Source: Calcarisporiella thermophila CBS 279.70
Taxonomy: Eukaryota > Fungi > Calcarisporiellomycota
Assembly (NCBI RefSeq): GCF_041956535.1
Contig: NW_027192195.1
Location: 598,150 to 662,149 of the forward strand
Direction of reading: 5' to 3'
DNA length: 64,000 bases
Shown here: piece by piece, positions 26,398 through 41,405 of the stretch
Layout of the letters: every line of letters starts with the position of its first letter
Numbering within the stretch: the stretch's first letter is position 1
Translations under genes and position numbers: made by a program
The notes under the pieces: model-generated
The model's database searches: none
What the model was told of the DNA's origin: nothing
The model's input: only the letters and a program-made list of their open reading frames with translations

Positions 26398-26817
26398 GGA
26401 AATTTATTTGAATTCTTGGAAAAGACAGCGTTTTATGTCACAGTATTGATCGATGAAAGCGAAAATACTGCCACAATTCTTATTACATCAATTCTATATA
26501 CACAAATGTATACTCAACACCAAAAGCAAGGAGCACAAAACCAACTTCCTAGAACGCTAGAGTGATATATTCTCTTCCCTCTTAGAATCGAATCTAACTT
26601 AATCAAGTTACGGAGAAAGATATATATATATTTTGTATAATATTCCTTTTCTTTCGCATTACAACCTTTCGGGTGTGAACTGAGAATATACTGTAAAATA
26701 TATGTGTGTCAAGTAAATACTTCCCTTCAAGTAGATCCAGATTTAGTACTCCGAAATCGAAGTCTTACAATTTGACAACACTAATAAACTTAATGAAGAG
26801 TATATGGAATAAGAATA

Positions 26818-29450
26818 ATGGGGGTATTGAATTTGTTTCATTGGATCAGGTTGGCATGCTTTGCTACACTGTCGATTTTGTCTTGATCTACTAATAGTTC
26901 ATTGCATTAGTTCGCGCTATCCTTCTTGCATTAAAACTTCTGTTGGCCAACAGCATGAGGCCGGTAAGGCATTCATCGTTCTTCTATCTAGAGATGCCAA
27001 GCTTGGCACCACTGACATTTCGCGTTTGAAGATAATCTATATGTAGACATGAATGGTGTTATTCATGACTGCTTAAACTCTCTTACACAAAAACGACATT
27101 GTGACGAGACTGCAATTATTCGAAATGTGCTATATTATATAGATCACCTCGTAGAATTATTGAAGCCAAGAAAAACGGTATTTCTTAGTATGGATGGTAT
27201 GTGTACCTGAGCCCGAATGAAGCTATGAATTTGATTACTGTATAAGTGCTATAAGGTGTTGCTCCAAGGGCTAAGATGCATCAGCAACGGGTCAGAAGAT
27301 TTCGAACCGCCATGACCTCGGGGAAAAGCACAGAGTTTGATAGAAACAGCATAACCGCGGGTAAGGGGCTGATTTAAATGCGTATCCCTCACATTCCAAT
27401 TTCTGAATGTAAATTACAATGTTTATCTAAAGGCACGCGATTCATGGCCACCCTCACTCAGGAATTACATAACTTTATTGTTTACAAGTGTGAGCGATAT
27501 CGCACTTGGCAGGAAGTGGAAGTGGCACTCTCTGGACAAGATGTATTGGGCGAGAGCTTTAATTATTAGAGCATTTTTATTCGATGCTCACCCCATATTC
27601 TATGTAGATGCCCGGTGAGGGCGAATATAAGATAATGCAACACATTCGGCAGCACGGGTCGGATTCCACGCGATGTCTCGTCTATTCAAGAGATGCCGAC
27701 TTCATTTTAATGAGCCTTGTGAGCAGGAGGCTCGTCACGCTTATATCCAAAAAATCATCGTATGAGCATAGCCGTTTTTCTGTCAAACCTCTCTACCAAA
27801 GAGTAACGGGCTTTTCATTGATTAGGAACACATTTAAACCCACCAAGTTTACGGCAATTGAAATTCCTATTTTGAGAGATTGTCTGTATCGTGAGTTCCT
27901 TCCATTGCAGGATTCCATCCCGTTCCACCTCGATTCCGGGCGACTGGCCGATGACTTTGTTTTGCTGGCTCTTCTAGTCGGCAATGATTTCATTCCTCCT
28001 CTTTCATTTAATACACAGACACCCGCAATTAGCTTCATTTTTGAAGCTTATAAAAGAATCCTGCCTCGATGGGGTAAGTGGTATAGCCATCCGATAACTG
28101 CAGCCTGGCTCTATCTGGTATTCTTTTTGTAGATGGTTGGATTGCGGATCGTGAACTAATCAATACGGCGCGCCTCGAGATGCTCTTAAAAAGCCTAACT
28201 GAACAGGAGAGAAACTATTTTGTAGCCGAGTGGATGGATGCCCAGTGGGGGTCATCCTCAGGATCCGCCGTGATGACTCCACGTCAAAACACCATATATC
28301 GCGACATCTTATCAATTAGCCAGGAGGAACCCAAGTGCGATGAGTCCTCTCGGAAACTTTATCTTGCCAAGTTTGCACCGAGTTGTGTGGATCGGCACTT
28401 TGCCGAAATTGTTGCACGTGACCTAGGACTGCAAGTGTGTGCACGGGGATGTCATGGGGAAGCAGAGGTGCTCGAGAAGGACCCGCTGCTTGGGGGTTTG
28501 ACCCTGGCAAGAGGGAAGAACAAGCGGATGATAGCAAAATACGAGCGTGCCAAGGTGCTACAGCCTCGGGAGGGAGAGAGTGCTGAAGACGTGGAGAGAG
28601 CGCTATGGGTTGATCAGTATGCATCCCAGAGGCGCGCGTATTATACGGTGGGTGGATGTTGAATCTTTGAGTTTTTGGGAATAGAGGCTTCAACATATCT
28701 CTATCCTTATCCTAGGCAAAGTTAAAGCTAAATTGCGATAACCAAGAGCAGCTCACGAATGTCGTGCATGCCTATATCGAAGGCATACAATGGGCACTGA
28801 ACTATTTTCATGGCATCATCTCCTCTTGGGATTTCCACTACCCCTACCTTCATGCGCCCCATATTTCCGGTAAGCCTGTTTGAAGAACAAAGATTTCTGT
28901 TCTCCACCTTTTCCCAAACCATATGCTTGTTTCCAGATTTCGTTGATCTAGATCGATTCCAGATCGCCTTTGTCCTTGGGGAACCCGTAGGTGCACTTGA
29001 GCAGCTGCTTTGTATCTTACCCCCCGCCAGTAGCCGACTACTTCCGGTTGCTTTGAGAGTAATGCCTGTTTTTTTTTTTTTACTTCGCAGAAGTCTTAAA
29101 AGAAAGCTTTATTGTTTTTTTTTGCCTAACTATTCATGCCATTAGAGCTTGGTGACCCGTGCCGATTCTCCATTGGCGAATTACTACAACCATTGTGAAA
29201 AGCTGACAAGAGGCGGCCATCAGCAAGCATTAAAATTGCATTTTATTGATAAACGGTGTTTGCAAGCCATCCTAAAAGGTAGAGCCCATATTCCTATCGC
29301 CGCTTCTAGATAGTTTACCAATTGCCTTTCTTAGACGCCAAAACAATGTTGAAGGCAGAAGAGCTGGCGTGCTTGGAGATCGGTGGTTTAAGGATGTATC
29401 ATTACAACGAAAAGCAGCGAGAAGTCGCGATAAGCTTAAATGAGCATTAG
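26818..29450 (+). CDS. XRN1-like 5'-3' exoribonuclease, catalytic core only (~650 aa, ~11 exons)
   Basis: MGVLNLFHWIS..RYP, DNLYVDMNGVIH, MDGVAPRAKMHQQRVRRF, FDRNSITAGT, PGEGEYK, DAD, GNDFIP, YIEGIQW, EQLLCILP, HFID. Stop at 29448-29450. Confidence 0.9.
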
Positions 29451-29911
29451 ACTGCGTTTCATTTACCTCATTTTTGGATACTTTTTCGTGGCTTCAGATC
29501 GATTTCTTTTGTTGCTTACAACGGATGATTTTCGGTTGTTTGCGGAGGCAAGGCAAAACAGATATACTCGCTGTATGATTTAAAATGTTAATTCTTCCTT
29601 ATCTGACATTGCCCCTCGCTGGAGATTCGGGTCGTTTCTGCTGGGCCGCCTGGTTGAAGAATGTGAATCAAGTGGAAAAGTGGGGGGCGAGGGAGGCGAT
29701 GCCTGGCCCATGTCTTAGGGCTTACCCTCTGGAAACTTCTCTATAGTTCATTCTGGTTCATGTCTTTTATCCCCTGATTTATAAGGATACCATCCTCTTT
29801 TCCCTTTTCCTATCAGTCAAACCTCCCTTTGCAACGCCTCATTTACTTGATCTCGTTCAAATAAAAGCCCCGATCATTGGCCGGAATTGACTGATTTTCT
29901 TGTGGGGAATT

Positions 29912-30031
29912 TTATCATGTGCGAGAGTAGATAACAAACCGATATTATCGGGTTATCGCTTGTTTGCTTTCTGAAATTTTTCTATCTCTCCCTATCCTTC
30001 GCACTTTATCTATATACATATTAATGGATAA
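29912..30031. promoter_or_regulatory. Cluster of GATA sites upstream of the ammonium transporter
   Basis: TTATCA 29912, AGATAA 29929, TTATCG 29945, TTATCG 29953, CTATCT 29982, TTATCT 30006, GGATAA 30026. Confidence 0.6.
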
Positions 30032-30204
30032 TATGTTTAGATTGAAATCGAAACATTTTTTGTCAGTTCTGTACTTTTTTTTGGAGTAACGTGTTTGACC
30101 AAATATATAAACATCTCTTTTTCCTTTTCCTCCGCACTCTATCCCTTTGGTTTACCACCTTTTACCATTGTTGCTCCCCTCGACCAACGCTTTCAAAGGG
30201 AGAT

Positions 30205-31956
30205 ATGTCTACCACGAACACGACAACCCCGGCAGAGCCAGGCGCAAACCCGACCTACTCGTCGGGAGATATTGCCTGGATTCTCACGTCGACAGCTCTG
30301 GTCTGGCTTATGATACCAGGCGTCGGCTATCTCTACTCCGGTCTCGCGCAGCGCAAGAACGCGCTCTCTTTGATTATGCTTAGCGTGCTATCGATTGCTG
30401 TGGTGAGTTTTCAGTGGTTTCTCGTGGGGTTCAGTCTTACGTTTTCCAAGACCTCGAACAACCCTATTATCGGCAACTTCGATAACGCGCTTCTGCGGGG
30501 TGTCTTGGGCCAACCCAGCATTGGGAGCGCCAGGGTGCCAGATCTGGTCTTCTGTATTTATCAAATGATGTTTGCTGCAATCACACCTGCACTGGTAAGT
30601 GGAGAAATGCCAGCGACACGTAGTACTCTTCCCCTTTCATGCAAGTCTAATTGTTTCTGTTCGATTTTTAGGCCATTGGCGCCGCCGCTGAACGAGCCCG
30701 TATCTTGCCCATGGTTGTTTTCATCTTCTTCTGGAGTTGCTTTGTATATGATTTTATTGCCTACTGGTAGGCTTGAAATCTTCTGGGTTGCTATAGTCAT
30801 TGCCCCTTTTTTAACGAAGCTACTTTATTGCTTTAGGACTTGGAATTCGAACGGATGGTCTTATAAACTGGGCGGGCTTGATTTTGCTGGGGGTACTCCA
30901 GTTCATATGTACGTTGGGATTGCCTGCTTTTTCAGAATCAAACGCAAACTAATTTCATCTCTCTCTTATTTGAAATCGTATCTATAGTGCTTCCGGTGCT
31001 GCTGGGCTTGCCTATGCCCTCTTCATTGGGAAACGACAGGGTCACGGAGTTGAAAAGTATCGTCCCCACAATATGACCAACGTTCTCCTGGGAACGGTCC
31101 TCATTTGGTTTGGGTGGTTTGGGTTCAACGGAGGATCAGCGCTTGGAAGCACCATGCGAGCCGCCATGGCGTTCCTTGTCACCAACCTCTCTGCCTGCGT
31201 TGGCGCTATCACGTGGGTCGCGCTTGATTTCCGATCAGAGCGCAAATACTCTGCTCTTGGATTCTGCTCTGGGGCAGTGGCCGGTCTTGTAACCATTACC
31301 CCTGCATCAGGTTTCGTTGGGCCAGGCCCATCGATTGTGTTCGGAGTGGTTGGGGCTGCAGCGTGTAATCTCGTGGTGAAATATAAACATCGATTTGCGG
31401 TGGACGATGCCCTCGATGTCTTCGCCCTTCACGGCATTGGAGGAATCGTGGGTGACTTGTTGACGGGCATCTTTGCGGAAAAGTACGTTGTCGATGCTAC
31501 CATTCTTCATTTGAGTTGAAAATTTTGGCAACAACGTTGTGAATTAATGCGATATCCTATTATTTTATTGCTAGATATGTTGCGGGTCTCGATGGTACCG
31601 AAATCGCAGGAGGATGGCTTGATCGCAACTTCATACAGCTAGCTTATCAGCTTGCGGATGCGACGTCTGGATTCGCTTGGTCCTTCGTCGTGACCTATGT
31701 TATCCTCTTCATCATGAATCGCATTCCCGGACTCTCGCTACGTATCGATCCGGACAAGGAAGGCGACGGAATCGATGTGGCTGAACTGGGTGAACATGCC
31801 TATCACTACTACCATGAAATCACCATGGTCAACGAGCACGGTGAGCAGAGAACAGTACTAGAGGAGATCAAAGAACCGCATTTACGCAACATGTCTGTCA
31901 ACCACACCTCTGCCTCCAATGGCGAGATTAAGAGCGAAAAGGAAAACGGAGGCTAA
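30205..31956 (+). CDS. Ammonium transporter (Amt/Mep family, twin-His type)
   Basis: LVWLMIPGVGYLYSG, QMMFAAITPAL, DFAGGTPVH, WFGWFGFNGGS, DDALDVFALHG. Both pore histidines are retained. Confidence 0.96.
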
Positions 31957-32548
31957 AGAATACGCAAGAGAATATTCATATATGGAGCCAATTTCTCTCG
32001 GTGATCTTTTTGGATTCCCTATTGTTGTGTTATTTGTTCCAATTAATTCTTCTGGTTCGTTATTTATGCAGTATCTAAATGGTTTTTTCTTATGTTATAT
32101 AGCATTTTCTTTTTTTCCAATTACTTTATTTTTTTAATATGAAAGCACTTATAATTCTTCTATTTGAATCTGAGAATTCTCAACTGCCCGAAGATTCTTA
32201 CCGGAGAGTTGGATAAAAAGCTTGCGGCGACTATGGCCCGCATTCGGGAGCCTTATCTCGATGCGGCCTCCGGAGCCTTCACCTGATTTTGGGCAAGGCG
32301 ACTGCCTAAATTTTACGAAGCCTTGAGGAGGGATTGAAGATTGATGAAAAAAAAAAAACAGGTTTCGAATTCTGGCCAATCACGCCGCGGCTACGCTTAT
32401 TCGCGTCAATTTTTGTTTCTCGTTTATTCTTTTTTTATTCACTTCCTTGTTGCTCCCAAATTCTTTTTCATCTCCCCCAAAATCATCTTTTGTTATATTA
32501 TTCTCTAATTTCTTCTTCTTTATACAAACTAATCTATCCCATCTCTAA

Positions 32549-34289
<1,741 letters not shown>

Positions 34290-35202
34290 TAGGCTCGCGG
34301 CCCTTTCCCTCGTGAAAACCGTGGGAGGGTCCAGATGCTTTTTTTATCCTCTATATAGTCTTTTTCTTACTTTTTTTGTTCCTTTCTCATCTTCTGATTT
34401 TTCACCCCCTCTAGCGCAGTCTATTAATACATTAAATAATAGTGTTCTATGCTTTTTGTTCAGTGAAAAGTGCAAACACCCATGAAAACATGCCTGATAA
34501 ATCCTTTTCTCACTTAGTCATTTATTTTAATATCTTAGAGTAGGGTTAATTGCTTTCTCTTTTGGCTTCCTCCTCCTTTAGTTACCTATATTCCCTTATA
34601 TTACTTAAATCTATTTTATCCTGATTACTTAACGCTGGTTAGACTTTTCACTGAGCCACTTCTCCTAACCCCCGATTAGCTACCCACACGTTGCTATTCG
34701 ATTACATCTCTCTACCCTGAAATGCTCAAGGAGAGCCAAAAATATATATAAAGATAAAGAAACATCCATTAACATCACAAAAATTTTTATCGAACTGCGA
34801 TCGCATAGATTGCTTCATAGACTAAAAGGATAATTATAGATGTAAATGAAAAAGATGAAGGCGCCTATTCTTCAAGATAATAAACTAGCACGAAAATAGA
34901 GCCTCTTTACATCAACTGTTCGGCCAAATTTTGTAAATGGACCAGAGTTAACTTAAGGATCTTCAAATCGACGCGCTGGCTCTCATGATCTCTCCACCAA
35001 GCCAACATCCTTCAACATAATGACCTGTTTAAATAGGTATGAAATGATTTCTAATCTGGAGATATGAAAAAGCTATAGCTCTATGTATATTTTATACTTT
35101 TTCTCTCACTTTTACCAAAAAAAAGTATAGTAAAAAAGAACAATTATAATAAAAAAAAAGGAATGAAAGACAAGAGTGGGGAAATGTAGATAATCAATTC
35201 AT

Positions 35203-36287
35203 CTACGATACCACATTGTTGTAAGCTTGTGCCGGCGAATCTTTTTCTGCAATTGCATGATGCCGTAAAGAAGGGCCTCGGCAGATGGAGCTACAAATAG
35301 TAGAAGAGGTGAGATATTTTAAATAGGATGAAGAGAGGAGAGCGAGACTCACGGCAACCAGGTACATAGATATCTACGGGAACGATTCTGTCACATCCAC
35401 GAACCACGGAGTATGAGTAGTGGTAGTAGCCGCCACCGTTGGCACATGAACCCATCGAGATGACCCAGCGAGGTTCGGGCATCTGCTCGTAAAGCTTGCG
35501 AAGAGAGGGTGCCATCTTGTTGGTGAGAGTACCGGCGACGATCATGACATCACTTTGGCGAGGCGTCGCACGGAACACAATTCCAAGACGATCTTGATCG
35601 TAGCGGGGAGTAGATGCATGCATCATCTCCACTAGAATTAAAATCAAGCATAAAAAGATGAAGTAATGGACACGAGTTTACGAAATGCAATTGAGTACGT
35701 ACCACCGCAACATGCAAGACCGAATGTCAGCGGCCAAATCGAACCATTGCGGGCCCAGTTGACGACTTTATCAACTGTCGACAAGGCAACCTCTGCAACA
35801 TCCCATCTTTTTGTTAGCATAACAAACAAATGCGAAAAAAGGGGATTTATTGCTTACGCGCAGCATTGTCTAGAGTTGAAACACCAGTATTTGATTTCTT
35901 AGGAGCTATGGCAGCATTTGAGCTCCCTGACTCGACGGCAGCAGTCTTCATGGATCGCCGAGGAATTAAAGCAAGCGAATTATTTTCATCTAAAACAAGA
36001 GAGAGGATCAAAATTTATTGCATTTAGCAAGATGACTGATGATAAGCTAAAATCTACAACTAAATAAATAAAAAGCTTACTGTTCTGTTTCTTATCAGCA
36101 ATAGTGTGGATGCTATTATAACGCTGCTGAGAAGTTAAGGGGACAATAAGTGAAGGGCGATAGGCTTGTGTTATTGAGAGACAAAATTAGAAAAAAATAT
36201 CAGTTATAGGCCTTTATGAGCTATTTGATCTGAGAGTATTTACCAGTGCGCGCTGCGATCCCGGCGGTAAATTTGCTCGCCAACATG
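35203..36287 (-). CDS. NDUFS7: NADH:ubiquinone oxidoreductase PSST subunit
   Basis: Presequence [21 protein letters not shown]|[34 protein letters not shown]. Confidence 0.95.
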
Positions 36288-36782
36288 TTGTGTAGATCCC
36301 GAGCAGTTCTGCGACTAGAGTGTAAATTGTAACAGGGGCGAGAATAACATATCAAATACAATGATGTCATCCAGCTGCGGCATCTTTTTATCCATCGTGA
36401 TTTAGCAGTCAATTCTTTTGAAGTTAGATTGCCATGCTAGCACTTTATATCCAGCGAAATACTCGTATTGAGAAATAAGAAACATCCCATTTTGTGCTTC
36501 AATTGAGAATATTTTTAATTCCTATTCGACTTTAATTCAATAATAAATTATATGCTTTTTTTTAAAGGTTACTAAGTATAATAAGGAGACCTGTGTTGCA
36601 ATATAGCAAAGGATAATGATTAATCGTCTTTTTATTAAAAGATCAAAATATATAGGATTCAATTAAGCGGGAATAATCGTTGAAATATAAAACACGATAT
36701 GCCGTTAAGGTATTAGTTAACATAGAGAGTTAAACGAACGGAGCTTGTCCAATTATAACTGAACGATACTTCAGTAAAATTT

Positions 36783-37394
36783 TTAATGGTGATGGATGAA
36801 AAATTGAAGAGCATCCGCCAATAACAATCTCGATAGTCTTTCATGATCTATGTGGACGTGTGGGCCAAGATTTTGGTTTCGTCTCTTAATATTTACGCCA
36901 GCTCTGGCCAGACTATCTGACAAACGGCGGAAGGCTTGAAGAGTGTCCGGGTCAATTTCGACTTCGCTCACATCGAGTTGACCAGTTGTTGGTTCATCTT
37001 TCTCATCCGCTTCTTCACGTCGAGAGAGATGTGGTTTCCCTTTGACGGGCTTAGTCTCTGCAATTGGTTTTTCTGCGACATTAACAGCCGATTTAGCCAC
37101 TGGTTGGGTCACCGTTTTTACTGCAGATTTCTTCACGGAGAGCTTATCTTCGACAATGGGTGCCGGGTTGGAGATCTTCTTCGTTGCAGCCTTAACAGAT
37201 TTTTTCTCCACGGGTTTATGCTTTGAGACTTTGGGAATTGTGGCGGCGGGCTTCTTTGTCATTAAAAGATCCTCGACCACAGGTAGGCCTAGGTCACGGC
37301 GGTGGCTCCGGTTTTGGGCAACGCTAGGGGCACCCTGCGTGAAGGCAGCAAAGCACAACAAGGCGGACGCAGCAACTACAAGGATGGGTTTCAT
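36783..37394 (-). CDS. Intronless secreted protein with dibasic processing sites
   Basis: Signal peptide MKPILVVAASALLCFAAFTQG-AP, sites HRR, SRR, KRR, and a Lys/Val/Ala/Pro-rich linker. Confidence 0.75.
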   Translation of the reverse strand: MKPILVVAASALLCFAAFTQGAPSVAQNRSHRRDLGLPVVEDLLMTKKPAATIPKVSKHKPVEKKSVKAATKKISNPAPIVEDKLSVKKSAVKTVTQPVAKSAVNVAEKPIAETKPVKGKPHLSRREEADEKDEPTTGQLDVSEVEIDPDTLQAFRRLSDSLARAGVNIKRRNQNLGPHVHIDHERLSRLLLADALQFFIHHH

Positions 37395-38611
37395 TCTGAA
37401 AGACAGAGCAAAAAGGATAGCTAAGGAGAGTGTATCAAAAACTGATGAGATAGAGTGCAGGCGAAGCGTAGGGGCACAGGAAGTGGAAGAATTGATTAGA
37501 GACTGGTGAGAAGAATAGTTATTTTGAAAAAAAAAAGGCACACTTTATATAGGATCAGGGGTACTTGCATATAGCTGTTCCATTTCAACGTTTTATTTCT
37601 CAATTGGAGATTATTAGCCATTTTGTAATTAAAGAGAATTATGAGATCAATAACGGTGGCTGCACCAGAAGCAGCCAGCATATCACCAATATCCCACGCA
37701 CACTCTTCATTTTTGCCTTGGAGCGATTTTGAGGTAAAGCGGTCGTTGATCATATGCATGAAATAATCTTTCCAATTTCAAGATTGCCACAATTCGTCTT
37801 TTACGGAAATAATCAATTATGGCTGATTCCAATCAAACTCTCCTATCAATCCGCTGATTAGACTCTTACCGAGTCAGAATTATGGCTACATTTCTATCCT
37901 TAGCACGACTTGAAAACCAAAGACTGAGGATATAAACACTCAGCTATGTACTGTTTGCCTTCTACTTGACTCACATACGAACGCCTTTCTTTGATTCCGA
38001 GCCAAAACGGACTATTCCTACTATAACCTACTTCAATTCGCTTAAGGGGTCACGATGACATCCCTTTATTTGCTCGGAAAGCGTTTTCAGTCAAATACAT
38101 TCAAACAAAGTTCAATATTTCGGATCCCCTTAATTTAATTGCAGAAGTCTCCCTTTTCTATACGAGGCAATTGCCGTTCTAGAGCCTGATGAGGAGTTGA
38201 CTTGCAGGAGAATTTAGAGAACAGTTATCCGATGTGCGTGCCATAAAAATGAACTTTAATTGTACCCATGCTTGAACAATTCCGTGCAAATATCACCTTG
38301 GAGAAAAGGTGGAATTATCTGCAATCCAAACTTCATAATTTGAGCGAGCATATAACGTCTTTTTACTCAATTAAGTGGCTACATTGTAAATCCGAATTCC
38401 ACTACAACATACGGGTTATTGTGATTATAGTTTGTGAAAATGCTCGTTCTATATCTGGAACTTATGTCTATTCTAGAGTCTGGGTTGTAATCTTTTGCAA
38501 GCTGGAGAGTGACCATTGTCATTAAAATCAAGGAAATGGACAGTCACAAATAAGTCATATTATTTATTTTATATGTACGTGTTTTAAGGATTTTGCTTGA
38601 AAGTCACCCTA

Positions 38612-41405
38612 ATGTCAGATTCAACTGCTATCACGGTCGGCTTGGTGGCCACTCCCGAAACAATTGATGACCTCGATGGTTTTATCGACTATGCCCAAGA
38701 AAATGGCTACGATTTTGCTTCAGTACCAATTTCACGGCCAGAATACAAGCGTGTTCTCTTTGACACCTCACCCATTTCTGGAATCTCTCAAAGTGAACGC
38801 TTATTACAGGAGGAATGGAGAACCGGAAAACCATTCTCTCCCGAAGATTTGGTCATAAAAACTGTTGGTATGTAAATTTTTATATTGAAAAATCCATTGC
38901 CCACCTACGCAATTCTGTAAAAGTAGTGCTCTCTTGCTCTCAAAATTGGTCACTGTTACTAACTAGTCGTAATTAACAATGTTTTTTCACCGTGCAGACC
39001 ATTCGAATTTCCTCTTCGGGCATGTAGCCGACTGGCTCCAGCTTGATTCTAAGGATGCCAACGTTAAAATCAACTCCGAATTGGTTTGTGTTGTTTGAGA
39101 TTAATTCAGCGTCCTTATTCTTGACGGTGCCTATCATTCTTTGGCTCCATAGGTCCTCAAAAAAGAAATAGCTTGGGCGTCACATATCGGTTTGTCTGCT
39201 GTACTTTTTTCTCTGCCGCTTTCTCCCAAAGAGAGCTTCTCCAACTTTGCTCGTTGTGTTAATTTAATGATACGAATGCTCCCCTATGGGCAGGTATATT
39301 CCGTCATAGCCATTTAGTTTTAACACTATGTTTACAAAAAGATTCTGGTATAATCTATATATCATCTATCTAGATCTATGTACATCTACCAATTTCTACA
39401 CAAAGTAAAGACGGAGAGTCAAGCAATGACAACCTCAGCTGGAATCGTTGGAGTGTCTTAAGGAATCTTTGTGAACACAATCCTAAACTTTCTATCGGTT
39501 CGTATATAGATGGTGTATTGATTTATTTCTCGACTTGATTCTCATTAGGATACGTAATATCTTTTCTGCATTAGCTCTTGAATTCACAGCAGATCTGCCG
39601 GAGGACACAAAGATCATAGATCGCTGGTTTGCTGAGCCTGTGAAAGCAATTGTATTACCGACTGATATTTTCATTACAAATGCCCGCGGATACCCGGTGC
39701 TAAGCAAGTGGCATCAGACGATCATACGCCGTTTCCTCAAGTTGAATCCAAACATTCTTATTTCGGGTAAATCCCAGCACCCAGCAGGGGGGATTGCAAG
39801 TTATCATCAATATATTCGCTATTTGCAACGCTCCATGCCGGAACTTGGAGAGCTAGAGAAATTTGCAGTTGGCTACCAAGACTATCTTCAAGCTCCACTC
39901 CAGGTAATGTCGCCATGCATAACACCAAGCTTCCAAGTATAGGGGTTAATTGATTGATATTGACAGCCTCTGATGGATAATTTGGAGTCCTCGACTTACG
40001 AAGTCTTTGAAAAGGATCCCGTAAAATACGCCCAGTACGAAAAGGTATTTTTTAAGATTAGTTGCTTGTACTAACGGTTTTAATTCAATTCCTGCATTGC
40101 ATCTCAGGCCGTCTACCATGCATTACTTGACCGTGTTCCGGCGAATTCCGATAAAACAACGTAGATTATTTCTATAAAGTTTTCATTATTTTATTGGCAA
40201 GACTCATTCACACAATAACCGTTACTAGAGTGATTATGGTGGTGGGTGCAGGTCGCGGTCCGCTTGTCACTCGCTCTCTACGTGCTGCTGATGCGGCACG
40301 TCGCAAGGTACGCGTCTATGCTGTTGAAAAGAATCCCAATGCTGCGGTCACGTTACAAAATAAGAAACGCGAGTGGGGTGACCGTGTGACGATCGTTTTC
40401 TCAGATATGCGGCGGTGGAATGCCCCAGAGCAGGTGAATATTCGAAAGATAAACAATACATAAAAACAATTATTTGATATTTATATTAACTTACGCAATA
40501 AAAAAAAGGCGGATATCCTTGTCAGCGAACTACTGGGCTCATTTGGTGACAATGAACTGTCACCTGAGTGTTTAGATGGTGCTCAAAAACTATTGAAGCG
40601 TAAGTAGGATATATTTACATGAGTCAGTCGACAGTGTTGTCAATACCCTTCATTTTTTACTTATTCGCCTTCCCCTATTTTTTACCCATTTTTCCTCTCA
40701 CATTTCCACTTAAAGCGGATGGTATTTCTATTCCTAAAAATTATACTGCTTACATCGCTCCGCTTTCATCGTGCAAATTACACTGTGAAGTGGCAGCACT
40801 AAAAGAAAACGGTGGATATGAAACCCCTTATGTCGTTATGTTCCAATCCATTTCATTGGTGGACGATCCGCAAGCAGTCTGGCAATTCGACCACCCAAAC
40901 GCAGAACTTATTACTGAAGAAAATGGAGGTATGCGGAAATACTACCCTTTTTACGTTCGATCAAACTGTTGGACACTGATCTTGATATTTATATCTGCCA
41001 TCTCGACTCTATTTAGCTCCTTTAAACAACTATCATAACACACGACACTCAATTAACCGGTTTAAAGCCACTGAGGCACGCACTATCCACGGACTTGCAG
41101 GCTATTTCGAGTCAGTACTCTATGGCAACGTTAATCTCAGTATCCACCCGCATACTCACTCGCCGGGCATGTTCAGTTGGTTCCCAATCTTTTTCCCCTT
41201 GAAAGTCCCAATTCATGTCCCTCAAGGCGCTACAATTGAAACAAATTTTTGGCGCTGCACAGACTCCCGTAAAGTTTGGTACGAATGGAGTGTACGAATA
41301 TTTATGGAGAGCGAGGACGGAGTGGAGGGGGAAGAGAAAGAGGAGCTACTGGCAATCACCCATATCCATAACACAGGTGGACGATCTAACTGGATTGGGT
41401 TGTGA
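38612..41405 (+). CDS. PRMT5: Protein arginine N-methyltransferase 5 (Skb1/Hsl7)
   Basis: [10 protein letters not shown]|[62 protein letters not shown]. Confidence 0.96.

Noticed and set aside
23090-26565. 300+ aa ORFs full of X in the ORF track
   Set aside because: They arise from translating through N-gaps; only the edge homology was used.
32170-32335. CTGAGA...ACCTGAT...AGGGA resembling a TPP riboswitch upstream of tubulin
   Set aside because: The P1/P2/P4 pairings and the TAATGCC loop are absent, and the gene context is implausible.
38186-38225. CTGATGAG hammerhead core or C-box
   Set aside because: No stem II with GAAA, and no matching D box.
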